Source: a virus. Taken from it: a stretch of DNA of 64,000 bases. The notes under the pieces were generated by a model that did not search any database, was not told the DNA's origin, and worked only from the letters and a program-made list of their open reading frames with translations. Position 1 is the first letter of the stretch, and the number at the start of each line of letters is the position of its first letter. The position numbers and the translations under genes are program-made. Location: the IMG/VR virus record IMGVR_UViG_3300030012_005163, positions 134,362 through 198,361 of that record. One strand, written 5' to 3'. Shown here piece by piece: positions 38,310 to 47,706 of this stretch.

Positions 38310-38892
38310 TAGATTATTAAAAGAAAATGATAAAGATTTTCTTGATGGTAACGTTAACTTTAAAGAGATAGGTAATAAGGTTGATAAGTTTATTATAAAA
38401 TGTTACAATTTTATGAGGAAACACTATCCTAGTTTTAATAACTTAAGAAATATACCTACGGTTTCACAAAAGGTGGCACAAGATTTAGTAATACCAAACG
38501 CAGTATCTTTAGTTATCTGTTATAACTATCTTTTACTATGGGATAAACTCGACTTTAAAAATTATGAGGGAGATTTTAGTGAAATGTTGGGTGAACCATT
38601 AGAGTTTTATGGAGAGTTTGAAATTGTAGAAGAAATTCCTATGAGAGGATATTTGAATGGATACCAATCAGGTAAGTATATAGGATATGCACGTAATGAA
38701 GAAGAGTTTTTAGATCAATTAGAAGACGGTGAATACTATAATTATGATGTAGATCATAACGATTATATAGACTATCATTCAGCGGATATTGACTGGGAGG
38801 TAGATGAGGGATATGTCGATGATCACGTTGCTCAAAGAGTAGGCGATTTAAGAGATGATTTAATAGATAATGTAGAATTAGTAAATGAATAA
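38278..38892 (+). CDS. acidic paralog-family protein (MRIKLLESQY leader)
   Basis: ATG at 38278; shares LGEPLEF / LGKPMEF with the next gene. Confidence 0.65.
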   Translation: MRIKLLESQYSRLLKENDKDFLDGNVNFKEIGNKVDKFIIKCYNFMRKHYPSFNNLRNIPTVSQKVAQDLVIPNAVSLVICYNYLLLWDKLDFKNYEGDFSEMLGEPLEFYGEFEIVEEIPMRGYLNGYQSGKYIGYARNEEEFLDQLEDGEYYNYDVDHNDYIDYHSADIDWEVDEGYVDDHVAQRVGDLRDDLIDNVELVNE

Positions 38893-39580
38893 AATGAAAG
38901 TAAAATTAACAGAGAAACAATATAGTAGATTACTAACTGAGAATACCGGTGATGAATGGGGTAGAGTTAGTAAAACTGTTAATGCTTTTATTGTAAGGTT
39001 ATTTAAGGAAATTAAAGATAAAATCCAAAACGGTGGGTTAAAAATGAACTCTGATATTGTAGACTTTATAGTGAATGATTTATCACTCACACAAGAAGAA
39101 GCAATTATTTTGGCACATAACTTTAAAGTTATGGTAGATCTTCACTCACAAGAAGATTTAAATGAATTATTGGGTAAACCTATGGAGTTTATGGGTATAT
39201 GGCAAATACCTACTCACATACCTACAGTTGTTGAATTGACAGGTAGAGGTTATCCTGAAGGTAGAGTATATGTAATGGGTAGAACACCACAAGAAGCATT
39301 AAGTACAATTAGAGATGGTGCAGAAGACGATTTTGAAGTGGGTGATATGAATGAATTGGATTTGGATGCGGTACTGGATGAATTTGATATTGATATTGTA
39401 GATGATATATCCCCACAAAAAGGGATGGTACAAAATGATTTCTATGAAGATGAGGATGGTCGTGGTAATAAATTTGAGGTTTTACCATATATAGATGGAG
39501 ACACTAGTATGGGTGTACGGTCACTTCAAAACGACTTATCAAGAAAGAAATTAAATAATTTATTAAAAAATATAGGATAA
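38885..39580 (+). CDS. acidic paralog-family protein (MKVKLTEKQY leader)
   Basis: Paralogous to 38278-38892. Confidence 0.65.
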   Translation: MNKMKVKLTEKQYSRLLTENTGDEWGRVSKTVNAFIVRLFKEIKDKIQNGGLKMNSDIVDFIVNDLSLTQEEAIILAHNFKVMVDLHSQEDLNELLGKPMEFMGIWQIPTHIPTVVELTGRGYPEGRVYVMGRTPQEALSTIRDGAEDDFEVGDMNELDLDAVLDEFDIDIVDDISPQKGMVQNDFYEDEDGRGNKFEVLPYIDGDTSMGVRSLQNDLSRKKLNNLLKNIG

Positions 39581-39598
39581 AATAAAAAAAAAATAAAG

Positions 39599-40126
39599 AT
39601 GGGACGATTAGCAAAATTAAAAAGAGAATTAATATTAGAATCTAATAAAAGATTATTAGGGGAAACTAAAAGTTATTTAACTGAAGAAGAAAAGGAAAAG
39701 ATGAGATTACCTTTCATTAAATTAGTAACTAAATATCAAGATGGATTAAAAGGTTTTATAGAGAAACTAAACACAGTGGTTGCAGACGAAAAGCAATTTT
39801 GTGCGAACCCTAAAGAGGCAGCTAAACAAGCTGCAGAATCTTTAGATGATTTTATCACTAGAATGTCTTTAGATATGAAAGTTAAACCAGAACAAGTTTT
39901 AGAAGCATTATATGATAAAGCGAATGGTGGATTACTTGGGACAGTTCTTAAAGTTGCAAAACCATTAGTTAGTAAATTTGGTGGTGGATTACTTTCTAAA
40001 GAAATCTTAGATGAAATAGAACAACATATGAGAACAAAATATGGTGCAGTTGGTAGAGGTATAAACTCAATGATGACTGAAATTATGTCAAAATTAGGTG
40101 TTACAGTGGATGATATATGTAAATAA
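39599..40126 (+). CDS. hypothetical helical protein
   Basis: 175-aa ORF with ELILESNKRL leader-like motif. Confidence 0.6.
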   Translation: MGRLAKLKRELILESNKRLLGETKSYLTEEEKEKMRLPFIKLVTKYQDGLKGFIEKLNTVVADEKQFCANPKEAAKQAAESLDDFITRMSLDMKVKPEQVLEALYDKANGGLLGTVLKVAKPLVSKFGGGLLSKEILDEIEQHMRTKYGAVGRGINSMMTEIMSKLGVTVDDICK

Positions 40127-40133
40127 ATAGGTA

Positions 40134-40613
40134 ATGAAGATTAAACTTACAGAATCACAATATAAGAAGATTGTCCTAAGAGAGTTTGGAGAAACAGTTA
40201 CTGATCCTAAAGAATGGTACTTACAGATACTTTCGTGGGTTGACTCACCTAATGATTTAACATTTCAAAGTAGTGCACACGAAGTAGTTGTTTTCGATCA
40301 AGATGGTGTATACTTAGGATATTATGATAAAGAACAAGATTTTGGATTTGTGGTTAATGAGTATAATATAGATACTATAGGTGATAATGAAGAATTAATT
40401 GACGAACAAGAAGAAGGTGGTACTTCTGATTCCGGTGGTTCAAGTGGTGGTGGATCAGGTTCAGTTTGGAGTGTTTCACCTACAAGAGGTCCTGCAAATA
40501 CATTAGATAATAGTCCGTGGTCTGTTTCCCCTAATAGAGGTCCCGCAAATACTTTAGATAATAGTCCTTGGTCGGTTAGTCCCACCAGAGGTCCAGCGAA
40601 TGAGTTAAACTAA
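40134..40613 (+). CDS. MKIKLTESQY-leader protein with C-terminal 17-aa repeats
   Basis: Gly/Ser linker then three WSVSP(T/N)RGPAN units. Confidence 0.7.
   Translation: MKIKLTESQYKKIVLREFGETVTDPKEWYLQILSWVDSPNDLTFQSSAHEVVVFDQDGVYLGYYDKEQDFGFVVNEYNIDTIGDNEELIDEQEEGGTSDSGGSSGGGSGSVWSVSPTRGPANTLDNSPWSVSPNRGPANTLDNSPWSVSPTRGPANELN
40467..40610 (+). repeat. 51-bp coding tandem repeat (about 2.8 copies)
   Basis: TGG at 40467, 40518 and 40569; the amino-acid unit WSVSPxRGPANTLDNSP is kept while third codon positions differ. Confidence 0.85.
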
Positions 40614-40706
40614 TTACTTAGATTTAGGTTTCGGTGTTGGTGTTGTAGTATTAGTTGTTTTTGGTTTAGCTGGTGTTGGTTTTCTTTTTTTACATCCACA
40701 TCCCAT
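40614..40706 (-). CDS. 30-aa basic Pro/Thr/Lys-rich peptide (MGCGCKK...)
   Basis: MGCGCKKRKPTPAKPKTTNTTTPTPKPKSK*; stop abuts the stop of the convergent gene; TATTTATT motif upstream on the minus strand. Confidence 0.55.
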   Translation of the reverse strand: MGCGCKKRKPTPAKPKTTNTTTPTPKPKSK

Positions 40707-40806
40707 AATATTTGTCTTTTTTAATTTTTTTTATTAACTTTATTAATAAATACACTCAAAAACAATAATTGTAAATAAAATTTGTAATAAATTTGTTATA
40801 TAATTA

Positions 40807-40838
40807 TTTGGTTTTTTGTCAAATTATTCCTATATTTG
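40807..40838 (+). promoter_or_regulatory. Bacteroidota sigma70-type promoter
   Basis: TTTG (40807-10), N20, TATATTTG (40831-38). Confidence 0.65.
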
Positions 40839-40853
40839 TATAAATTAATCGTT

Positions 40854-41816
40854 ATGGATAAGAAATTTTTAAAAGATGTACTCTCAATACCATCAATATC
40901 TGGTAATGAAAGTATGTTAAGAGACTATATAGTAGAATTTGCAATAGATAACGAAATCGATTATGTATTAGATAAGAAAGGTAACGTATATCTAACTAAA
41001 GGTAAAGATAAAGTAACTTCGGGTGAATACTATCCTTGTGTAGTTTCACACATCGATACCGTCCATAGGTCACATATAGATTTAATTAACGAAAAAAGAA
41101 GGTTAGACATTGTAGAGAATGTTAAAGGTGATTTAATTGCGTATAATCCACTAACTAATGAACAAACAGGTATTGGTGGAGATGATAAGTGTGGTGTATT
41201 TGTTTGTTTATCACTTTTTTTAGAAATGGATATATTAAAAGGCGCATTTTTCGTTGAGGAAGAAATAGGTATGTTAGGTTCTAGAGAAGCTTGTGAAGAA
41301 TTCTTCAAAAATGTGGGGTATGCAATACAATTCGATGCACCATCCGCTAATTGGATTACAGAAATATGTAGCGGTGTTAAAATTTTTGATGATGAATTTA
41401 AGGATAACGTAAAAACAGTTTTAAGTGAAGGTGGTTATACAAAATTTAGTAATGATCCTTTTACGGATGTTAACCAACTAGCACAAAAATTCGATTTTAA
41501 TTGTTTAAATTTAGGGTGTGGGTATTACGAACAACACAGAGATAGTGAATATGTTGTAGTAGATGAAGTACAGAAAGCATTACGTATGGGAATTAACCTA
41601 ATACACCATTTAGGTATAAATGACTATAAAAGAAATGACAACCCAATAGAAAATATAGAAAAAGATGATTCTTGGTTTAAGTATATTGAGAATGATTATG
41701 ATATGTTATCAGATAAAATAGTAGATTCAGTTATAGATATGTATGAAGATGGTTTTAACCCAGAAGATATCAAAATGTATATATCTGATCTTTTAGAAAT
41801 AGAAAGTTATGAATAA
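40854..41816 (+). CDS. M20/M28-family zinc peptidase
   Basis: VSHIDTV, GGDDKCG, VEEEIG, IQFDA and QHRDSEY metal-ligand motifs. Confidence 0.85.
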   Translation: MDKKFLKDVLSIPSISGNESMLRDYIVEFAIDNEIDYVLDKKGNVYLTKGKDKVTSGEYYPCVVSHIDTVHRSHIDLINEKRRLDIVENVKGDLIAYNPLTNEQTGIGGDDKCGVFVCLSLFLEMDILKGAFFVEEEIGMLGSREACEEFFKNVGYAIQFDAPSANWITEICSGVKIFDDEFKDNVKTVLSEGGYTKFSNDPFTDVNQLAQKFDFNCLNLGCGYYEQHRDSEYVVVDEVQKALRMGINLIHHLGINDYKRNDNPIENIEKDDSWFKYIENDYDMLSDKIVDSVIDMYEDGFNPEDIKMYISDLLEIESYE

Positions 41817-41970
41817 ATCAGAAATACAAAAAATTTTATTATGGTGTATAATTATTATATCTATTTTTATAGGTATGGTGACATTAGTACCCATTATAGG
41901 ATATATTTTAATAATTTGTGGTATTTTAATACCTAGTTACGTTTTATATATAAACTATTATAAAGAATGA
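41809..41970 (+). CDS. small two-TM membrane protein (53 aa)
   Basis: Hydrophobic ORF overlapping both neighbours (ATGA overlap with 41967); not in the ORF track. Confidence 0.5.
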   Translation: MNKSEIQKILLWCIIIISIFIGMVTLVPIIGYILIICGILIPSYVLYINYYKE

Positions 41971-44093
41971 AAAACCTATTAGAAGAGAAGGACATTGCTC
42001 TAAAAATATTAAAAGAACTAAATAAATTAGTGACAATTCCTGATAGAGGATTTTTGGCTGGTGGTGCAGTTGCAAATACATTATTGAGGATGAAGAATGG
42101 GAAAGGTATACATGATGATAACCTTTACCCCATAAATGATTTAGATATATTTGTAGAGGCGGATCATGAAAATATTCAGGGTAATACACCATTAAGAACA
42201 AAAGAATTAATTATACAAGAAGGTTATTATGCGGGTGACATAGGATATGATGATGCATCTAATTATAGAATATTAGAAGTATTACGTGATGGGTTATTAA
42301 ATACTATAGTAATATCTCAAATTATAGATTTACAAAATAATAGAGATTATATGTATATCTTAAATGGATTTGATTTCAACTGTTGTCAGATAGGCATTGA
42401 TTTATCAACAGGTAATCTCTTTTATACACCTCAGTTCGCAGAATTTTTCCGAACAAATCAGTTAGATATTTCTGCTATGTATACTCCCGGACATACCGCT
42501 ATCAGATTATTTAAAAAGATAAAAGAATTAAACTGTTATTGTGATGTAGATAAGTGTATGGAAATACTTTCACAACCATTAATACATTCTATTAGGTGGA
42601 GATTGATGCCAAGACAATGGGGGTTTTATTTCAGTCATAAATATAAAGATATGTTTATGGAATATTTTCCTAAAATAAAACCATATTTTAAAATGGTAAA
42701 ATTTTTTGATGATAAAAAAGAAATGTGGTTTAAACGACATGAAGAAATTAATGGTACTAAAAAGTCACAAGATAGTAAACATATTTCTAATTGGTTAAAT
42801 CCTGAAGTTAGTATTCCTGAAGGTGACTTAAGTAAATGGTCAGAATATAATGATAGACTTTGGGCGCTGCATCCAGTGAAGTATACTGAACCTAACATGA
42901 AAATAATGGATAAAGCTTATTTAGGGTATAGTTCTCCCATTGCATTTATTAATGCGTACCACTATGTAAGTGGGAAGATAAAAAAATCGTTACATAAAAA
43001 ATGTGATTTAATTATTAATAATTCAAAGTATCTTCAAAAGATTGTAATGATAGACTTAGAGTTCGCTAATTGTGATTTTAGTGTAACACAAATAAAAGAA
43101 TTAGATGAGTACTGTAAAAGAGAAATAGATTTTATATTTGCAATACAAAAATACGGATTAAATTTACAAGAGTCATTAGTGTTATTCAAAGACATTAAAA
43201 GAATACAAAATAAAGAAGGCGAATGGTTAAGATATATTATTGTAGATTCGTTAAAAAAGAATAATAAAAATATTAAACCTACTTATGAAAGTATTTCAAA
43301 AGACATTAAGGTATATAAAGAAATGATGTCTAAACCACTAACTCAACCCCTTATAGATTCTAATAAGATATCTTTACCTTCAGGTATTACTATAAAAGAA
43401 ATACTTAGTGAGACAGAAATGCAATGGGCAGGAAACAAACTTAAAAACTGTATTAATAATCCGAGTCAAGGATATAAAGAAAAAATAGAGAGTGGTTTAG
43501 TAAGGATATTTATGATTATGACAGAAGGTAGTACCTCAGCGTTAGAGTTACATTTAGATAGCAAAGATTCAATAGAGATTAAAGAAAGACAGTTGTTATC
43601 ATCTTGTAATAGAAAACCTAGTAGGTTTCACAGAATAATTGCAGATATGTTGATAAATTACATTAGTATAGAATTATTAGAGAGTAAATATAATAATAGA
43701 AAAAAACTATATAATGATTTATTAACTTTACACACCGGTTTATTAGCAACTACGTCTGATGATACTACAGATAACAACGAAGAAGTATTTGGGTTAGATG
43801 GTTTAGGGGATTTTCTTGGGGATATGCCTGTTAATGATGAAGTAGAAGATGAGGTAGACATTGATGACTTCCAATTTGACTTCGGAGATGATATATTTGC
43901 CAATACTACTAGACCAACAAGACCTGAAGGTATAGATACTACAAATAGAGATGGGGAAACAAGGCACATTAGAGAATGGGTTAGTAGAACGATAACTCCT
44001 CAACCAGTGGACTACACAGTTAATACTACTTTGAGGAATCCGTTAGAGGGAAATCCTGAAGATGTTTGGGGTAATGATTTATTTAGTGAATAG
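41967..44093 (+). CDS. nucleotidyltransferase-like N-terminal domain + PcfJ-like C-terminal domain protein
   Basis: GFLAGGAVAN...INDLDIF and FDFNCCQIG (Pol-beta-superfamily NTase head); ILSETEMQWAGNKLKNCI resembles the PcfJ-like E...M.HC motif. Confidence 0.55.
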   Translation: MKNLLEEKDIALKILKELNKLVTIPDRGFLAGGAVANTLLRMKNGKGIHDDNLYPINDLDIFVEADHENIQGNTPLRTKELIIQEGYYAGDIGYDDASNYRILEVLRDGLLNTIVISQIIDLQNNRDYMYILNGFDFNCCQIGIDLSTGNLFYTPQFAEFFRTNQLDISAMYTPGHTAIRLFKKIKELNCYCDVDKCMEILSQPLIHSIRWRLMPRQWGFYFSHKYKDMFMEYFPKIKPYFKMVKFFDDKKEMWFKRHEEINGTKKSQDSKHISNWLNPEVSIPEGDLSKWSEYNDRLWALHPVKYTEPNMKIMDKAYLGYSSPIAFINAYHYVSGKIKKSLHKKCDLIINNSKYLQKIVMIDLEFANCDFSVTQIKELDEYCKREIDFIFAIQKYGLNLQESLVLFKDIKRIQNKEGEWLRYIIVDSLKKNNKNIKPTYESISKDIKVYKEMMSKPLTQPLIDSNKISLPSGITIKEILSETEMQWAGNKLKNCINNPSQGYKEKIESGLVRIFMIMTEGSTSALELHLDSKDSIEIKERQLLSSCNRKPSRFHRIIADMLINYISIELLESKYNNRKKLYNDLLTLHTGLLATTSDDTTDNNEEVFGLDGLGDFLGDMPVNDEVEDEVDIDDFQFDFGDDIFANTTRPTRPEGIDTTNRDGETRHIREWVSRTITPQPVDYTVNTTLRNPLEGNPEDVWGNDLFSE

Positions 44094-44183
44094 TAAATTA
44101 AATGTTTAACTTTTTTTTCTAAAGTTTAAACAAATCTAGTAGAACATATTATTATTTACAGATATTTATAGTAAAAGATAAAT

Positions 44184-44381
44184 ATGCCTATATATAGTGA
44201 TGAATATGGAAATGAGAGTAGTTTATTGTTCTTAGGGAAACACAATGTGAAAGAATTTGAAGATAACTTTGATATGTACTACGATAAATATAGAGATATA
44301 TCTAATAAAAGAGGTTTTTTTGGGGAAATTAAATTTGTTATTTCCTACGGTGTAGTTTGGATATATGTTATAATAGAATAA
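44184..44381 (+). CDS. small hypothetical protein
   Basis: 65-aa ORF behind GATATTTATA. Confidence 0.5.
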   Translation: MPIYSDEYGNESSLLFLGKHNVKEFEDNFDMYYDKYRDISNKRGFFGEIKFVISYGVVWIYVIIE

Positions 44382-44894
44382 TTATTCTTCTGCAGGTAAT
44401 CTACCTAATTGTTTATTTAATTCAAATAAACCACCTCCATTATCACCGATAATTTTTAAATCATCTATAATTTCTTTAAATTTATTTTCTTCCTCCATTT
44501 GTTCAGTAACAAACCATTGCATAAAAGTTTCAGTTTGAATATCATTTACTTCTTTACACTTACTAATAATAGTGTTTATAGATTTAGTTACTTTACGCTC
44601 ATTATAAAGAGAATTTTGAAAATGTGTTAGTATATTAAATTCTTCTTCTAAGTCTTCCATAAAATTATAATTAGGAATTATGGGTTGTGCATCTTGTTCT
44701 AATAAATAATTCATTAATTTTAACATATGTTCTCGTTCCTCATTAGATTGTTCTAAAAAGAATTTAGATATTCCGTTATACCCATTTTCATTAAATTGTG
44801 TAGATAAAAACAAATAATAAAAAGAAGCATTATTTTCTAACCATATTTGTTCGTTAATTGAATTAACTACCTCTTTAGATAGTAAACTATTCAT
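44382..44894 (-). CDS. ftnA: non-heme ferritin
   Basis: INEQIWLENNAS, FFLEQSNEEREH.LKL, ERKVT.SIN and FMQWFVTEQMEEE ferroxidase ligands; start at 44894 (MNSLLSK). Confidence 0.9.
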   Translation of the reverse strand: MNSLLSKEVVNSINEQIWLENNASFYYLFLSTQFNENGYNGISKFFLEQSNEEREHMLKLMNYLLEQDAQPIIPNYNFMEDLEEEFNILTHFQNSLYNERKVTKSINTIISKCKEVNDIQTETFMQWFVTEQMEEENKFKEIIDDLKIIGDNGGGLFELNKQLGRLPAEE

Positions 44895-45078
44895 CTTCTT
44901 CTGTTCTTTTCTTTTGTACATACTTTGCCTTACTAATTTCTTCTCTTCTTATAACAGATGGTTTAGTAAACTCTTCTCTCTTTCTACATTCTCTAGCAAC
45001 CTTAGTTTTAATGAATTTACTCTTCATTTCTTTAAGTGCTCTTTCAATATTCCCTTTTTTTACGTTTACTTTTAACAT
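44887..45078 (-). CDS. rpsU: ribosomal protein bS21
   Basis: NIERALK.MK.K...RECRKREEFTKPSVIRREE matches bS21. Confidence 0.9.
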   Translation of the reverse strand: MLKVNVKKGNIERALKEMKSKFIKTKVARECRKREEFTKPSVIRREEISKAKYVQKKRTEEDE

Positions 45079-45142
45079 CTTTTTATAATTATATTTATTT
45101 TTCTGTAATAATAAAGTATATTTGTATAAATATCAATAAAAA

Positions 45143-45394
45143 ATGAAAATTTTTAACATATTTAAAAAATCTGAAATAATACATATTGTAGATAAACAAT
45201 TTAATTTCATTAAGGAAAATATTAAAATAAAAAAAATTCCATCTATCGGTGAAAAGGTTTATTTTGATGATGATATAATGTATATTGTAAATGATGTATT
45301 ACATTATGTCGGTACACATCATACTATTTGGTTAGTAGTAAATGAACAATCTGAAGAAAATTCAATAAAAGCGACATTAAATGTATCTTTATAG
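45143..45394 (+). CDS. hypothetical protein
   Basis: 83-aa ORF divergent from rpsU. Confidence 0.55.
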   Translation: MKIFNIFKKSEIIHIVDKQFNFIKENIKIKKIPSIGEKVYFDDDIMYIVNDVLHYVGTHHTIWLVVNEQSEENSIKATLNVSL

Positions 45395-45426
45395 TAAATT
45401 TTTATATATTTATATAAAAAAATATT

Positions 45427-46533
45427 TTGTATAAATTAAGAGACTATATAACTGAATCCAAAAATACTGAATTAAGTAAAGTAGACAAAAAAATATTAAC
45501 CCTTATTCACAATAAGGTATGGAGAGAACATGAGGATGATTCTAAATTAAATTATAATTTAGTAGAAGAATTAAGAAATTTAGATGAAAATTTTTTATAC
45601 CGTATATATGATTTTTTAAAAAATATAATGGGGTTTGATGATCCAAAGCAAATAGAGTATTATATAAAATTATTTATAAATAACTTTCAAGAAGACGGAG
45701 ATTATAATAAACTAACAACACAAGGAGAAAATATAATACCCGGTCCTAACTACCGTCATCAGGCAGTTGCAAATAATTTAAATCTACCACCTATACTCGT
45801 TGTAGATATGAAAGAAACTTGGGATAGAGACATGTCAGTTTTTTATGATATAGTAAATGACGATCATTATGAAGTAGGTACTGAAGATGAAACATTGGGC
45901 GCAATAAATGATGCATTACAAGATAGATACTATAACTTTAGTGAGGCAGCCCAATTCGAAGGTACTGTGCACGGATTAATAAGTTATTTATATATTGATG
46001 ATACAGATAAAAGAATTATTGCTAGTGAATATGCAGAAGATATAGAATCTAATACTCGTATTAATGATATAATTCGTATGATAAAGGATTATGATAATAG
46101 TGATGAAGTTATAAAATTAATTAAAAGATATTATCAGTTAGTAATGAATGAAGATGATCCAATGAATAGTGGTATCCCTAAAAAAGTAGAAATGGACCAA
46201 ATAGAGGATTCTCTAAGGGAACGAGTAAGAGAATTAGTATATAATGATGAATACAATAAAATGGCTAACTACATTGGTGATTGGTTAATTGACCATGGTT
46301 ATATAACACAAGATCAAAAGTGGGGTGAGTATGAATTCACTAAACCCTATTTAAATAAGTGGAATGAAGTAGATGTTAGTAAACTACCAAAGTGGTTAAA
46401 TTTCGATAGAGAAGGGTTTATTGAAGATATGACAACCATTGACAGGGCAGGCGAATTAAGCAATATAGATGACTATTATGATACGGAAACGATAAATGAT
46501 GATACTTATTATATAATACAGATAGATTATTAA
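45427..46533 (+). CDS. acidic paralog-family protein
   Basis: YITES leader, LSKVDKKILTLIH domain, C-terminal YYIIQID. Confidence 0.7.
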   Translation: MYKLRDYITESKNTELSKVDKKILTLIHNKVWREHEDDSKLNYNLVEELRNLDENFLYRIYDFLKNIMGFDDPKQIEYYIKLFINNFQEDGDYNKLTTQGENIIPGPNYRHQAVANNLNLPPILVVDMKETWDRDMSVFYDIVNDDHYEVGTEDETLGAINDALQDRYYNFSEAAQFEGTVHGLISYLYIDDTDKRIIASEYAEDIESNTRINDIIRMIKDYDNSDEVIKLIKRYYQLVMNEDDPMNSGIPKKVEMDQIEDSLRERVRELVYNDEYNKMANYIGDWLIDHGYITQDQKWGEYEFTKPYLNKWNEVDVSKLPKWLNFDREGFIEDMTTIDRAGELSNIDDYYDTETINDDTYYIIQIDY

Positions 46534-46534
46534 G

Positions 46535-47698
46535 ATGAAATTATTTAAACTATACGAACAAGTAGAAGAAGAACAAAAGGAAACACAAGAACCTAAATTG
46601 ATTACTCTTACTCCTGTAGATAAGAAGTTTCTTAAACTGATGCAAAGTAAAGATTTGGATTGGTCTGATGGTGCAGAGATTTGGAGATTCTTAACTGATA
46701 CATTATATATTGAGGATATGGAACTTAAAATGAGATTAACATATCTTTATATGGAACAACTTGTTGATGAGGATGAGGGAGAAACCTACGATGATTTAGA
46801 AAAGGTTGATTTAGATATGGAAAAGATTAACTCTGAATTTGATGACAAACAATTAGCACTAGCAGAATATTTTGACTTACCACCATTTTTAATGGAAGAG
46901 GGTGGTTATAGTCACTATGGTTTAGATCAGTATGAAAACGAAGATGATGGTGGAACATATGCAATAGGTGATGAAGATGAGATGGATGACGCAATGGATG
47001 ATTACGCACAAAGTAGAATAGATGATGGTGTTGAATATATGGAAGATTGGTATTTGGAAAATCATTTAGAACCAAACGATTCCGCCATTGAACAATTTGC
47101 GGAAGAAGAGGCTGATCATAGATTAAGTGATATGACAGATGAAGAGATATTAGAAGAAGCTGGTTATGATAACATGGATGATGCCAAAGAGCAATGGGAA
47201 GAAAAAGACAGTGAAAAAGATGATATCGAAGAACGTATGGATGACTTAGAGTCGGAAAAAGAGGAGTTAGAATCAGAGCAAGGGGACTTGGATTATGTAG
47301 AAGATGAAGATGAGTACAATAGATTAGAAGAGGAGATAGATTTGAAACAAGAAGAGATTAATGATTTACAAAGTGAGTTAGATGACTTAGAAACTGAGAT
47401 GGAAAACCTACAAGAAATTTATCAAGGAGAATTTGTAGAACAAGCCAAAGATGAGTTAAGAGAAAATTATACCCAAAATACTGTGGATGAAATTAGAAGT
47501 GATGGTGTTAGTTATTTTGTTGATAATCTAGGTTTTGATAGAGAAAGTGCTATAGATAGTTTTTTCTGGTTGGATGAAGATAGTCTCAAAGAATCAATTA
47601 AAGATGATGAAGGTTATGAAGCCTTAGCTAGTTATGATGGCAACTACGATGAAATAAATATGAATGGAGTCCTTTATCTCATAATTAGAACCGATTAA
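46535..47698 (+). CDS. acidic paralog-family protein with coiled coil
   Basis: LTPVDKKFLKL domain, very D/E-rich coiled coil, LASYDG...YLIIRTD end. Confidence 0.75.
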   Translation: MKLFKLYEQVEEEQKETQEPKLITLTPVDKKFLKLMQSKDLDWSDGAEIWRFLTDTLYIEDMELKMRLTYLYMEQLVDEDEGETYDDLEKVDLDMEKINSEFDDKQLALAEYFDLPPFLMEEGGYSHYGLDQYENEDDGGTYAIGDEDEMDDAMDDYAQSRIDDGVEYMEDWYLENHLEPNDSAIEQFAEEEADHRLSDMTDEEILEEAGYDNMDDAKEQWEEKDSEKDDIEERMDDLESEKEELESEQGDLDYVEDEDEYNRLEEEIDLKQEEINDLQSELDDLETEMENLQEIYQGEFVEQAKDELRENYTQNTVDEIRSDGVSYFVDNLGFDRESAIDSFFWLDEDSLKESIKDDEGYEALASYDGNYDEINMNGVLYLIIRTD

Positions 47699-47706
47699 TT
47701 GTAATT

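Noticed and set aside
40467-40610. 51-bp periodic repeat as a mini CRISPR array
   Set aside because: No unique spacers; the units are in-frame coding repeats differing at synonymous positions.
45120-45135. T4-type late promoter TATAAATA
   Set aside because: TATAAATA occurs here mainly as the reverse complement of the sense-strand ATATTTATA motif, so it is oriented opposite to a T4 late promoter relative to the genes it precedes.
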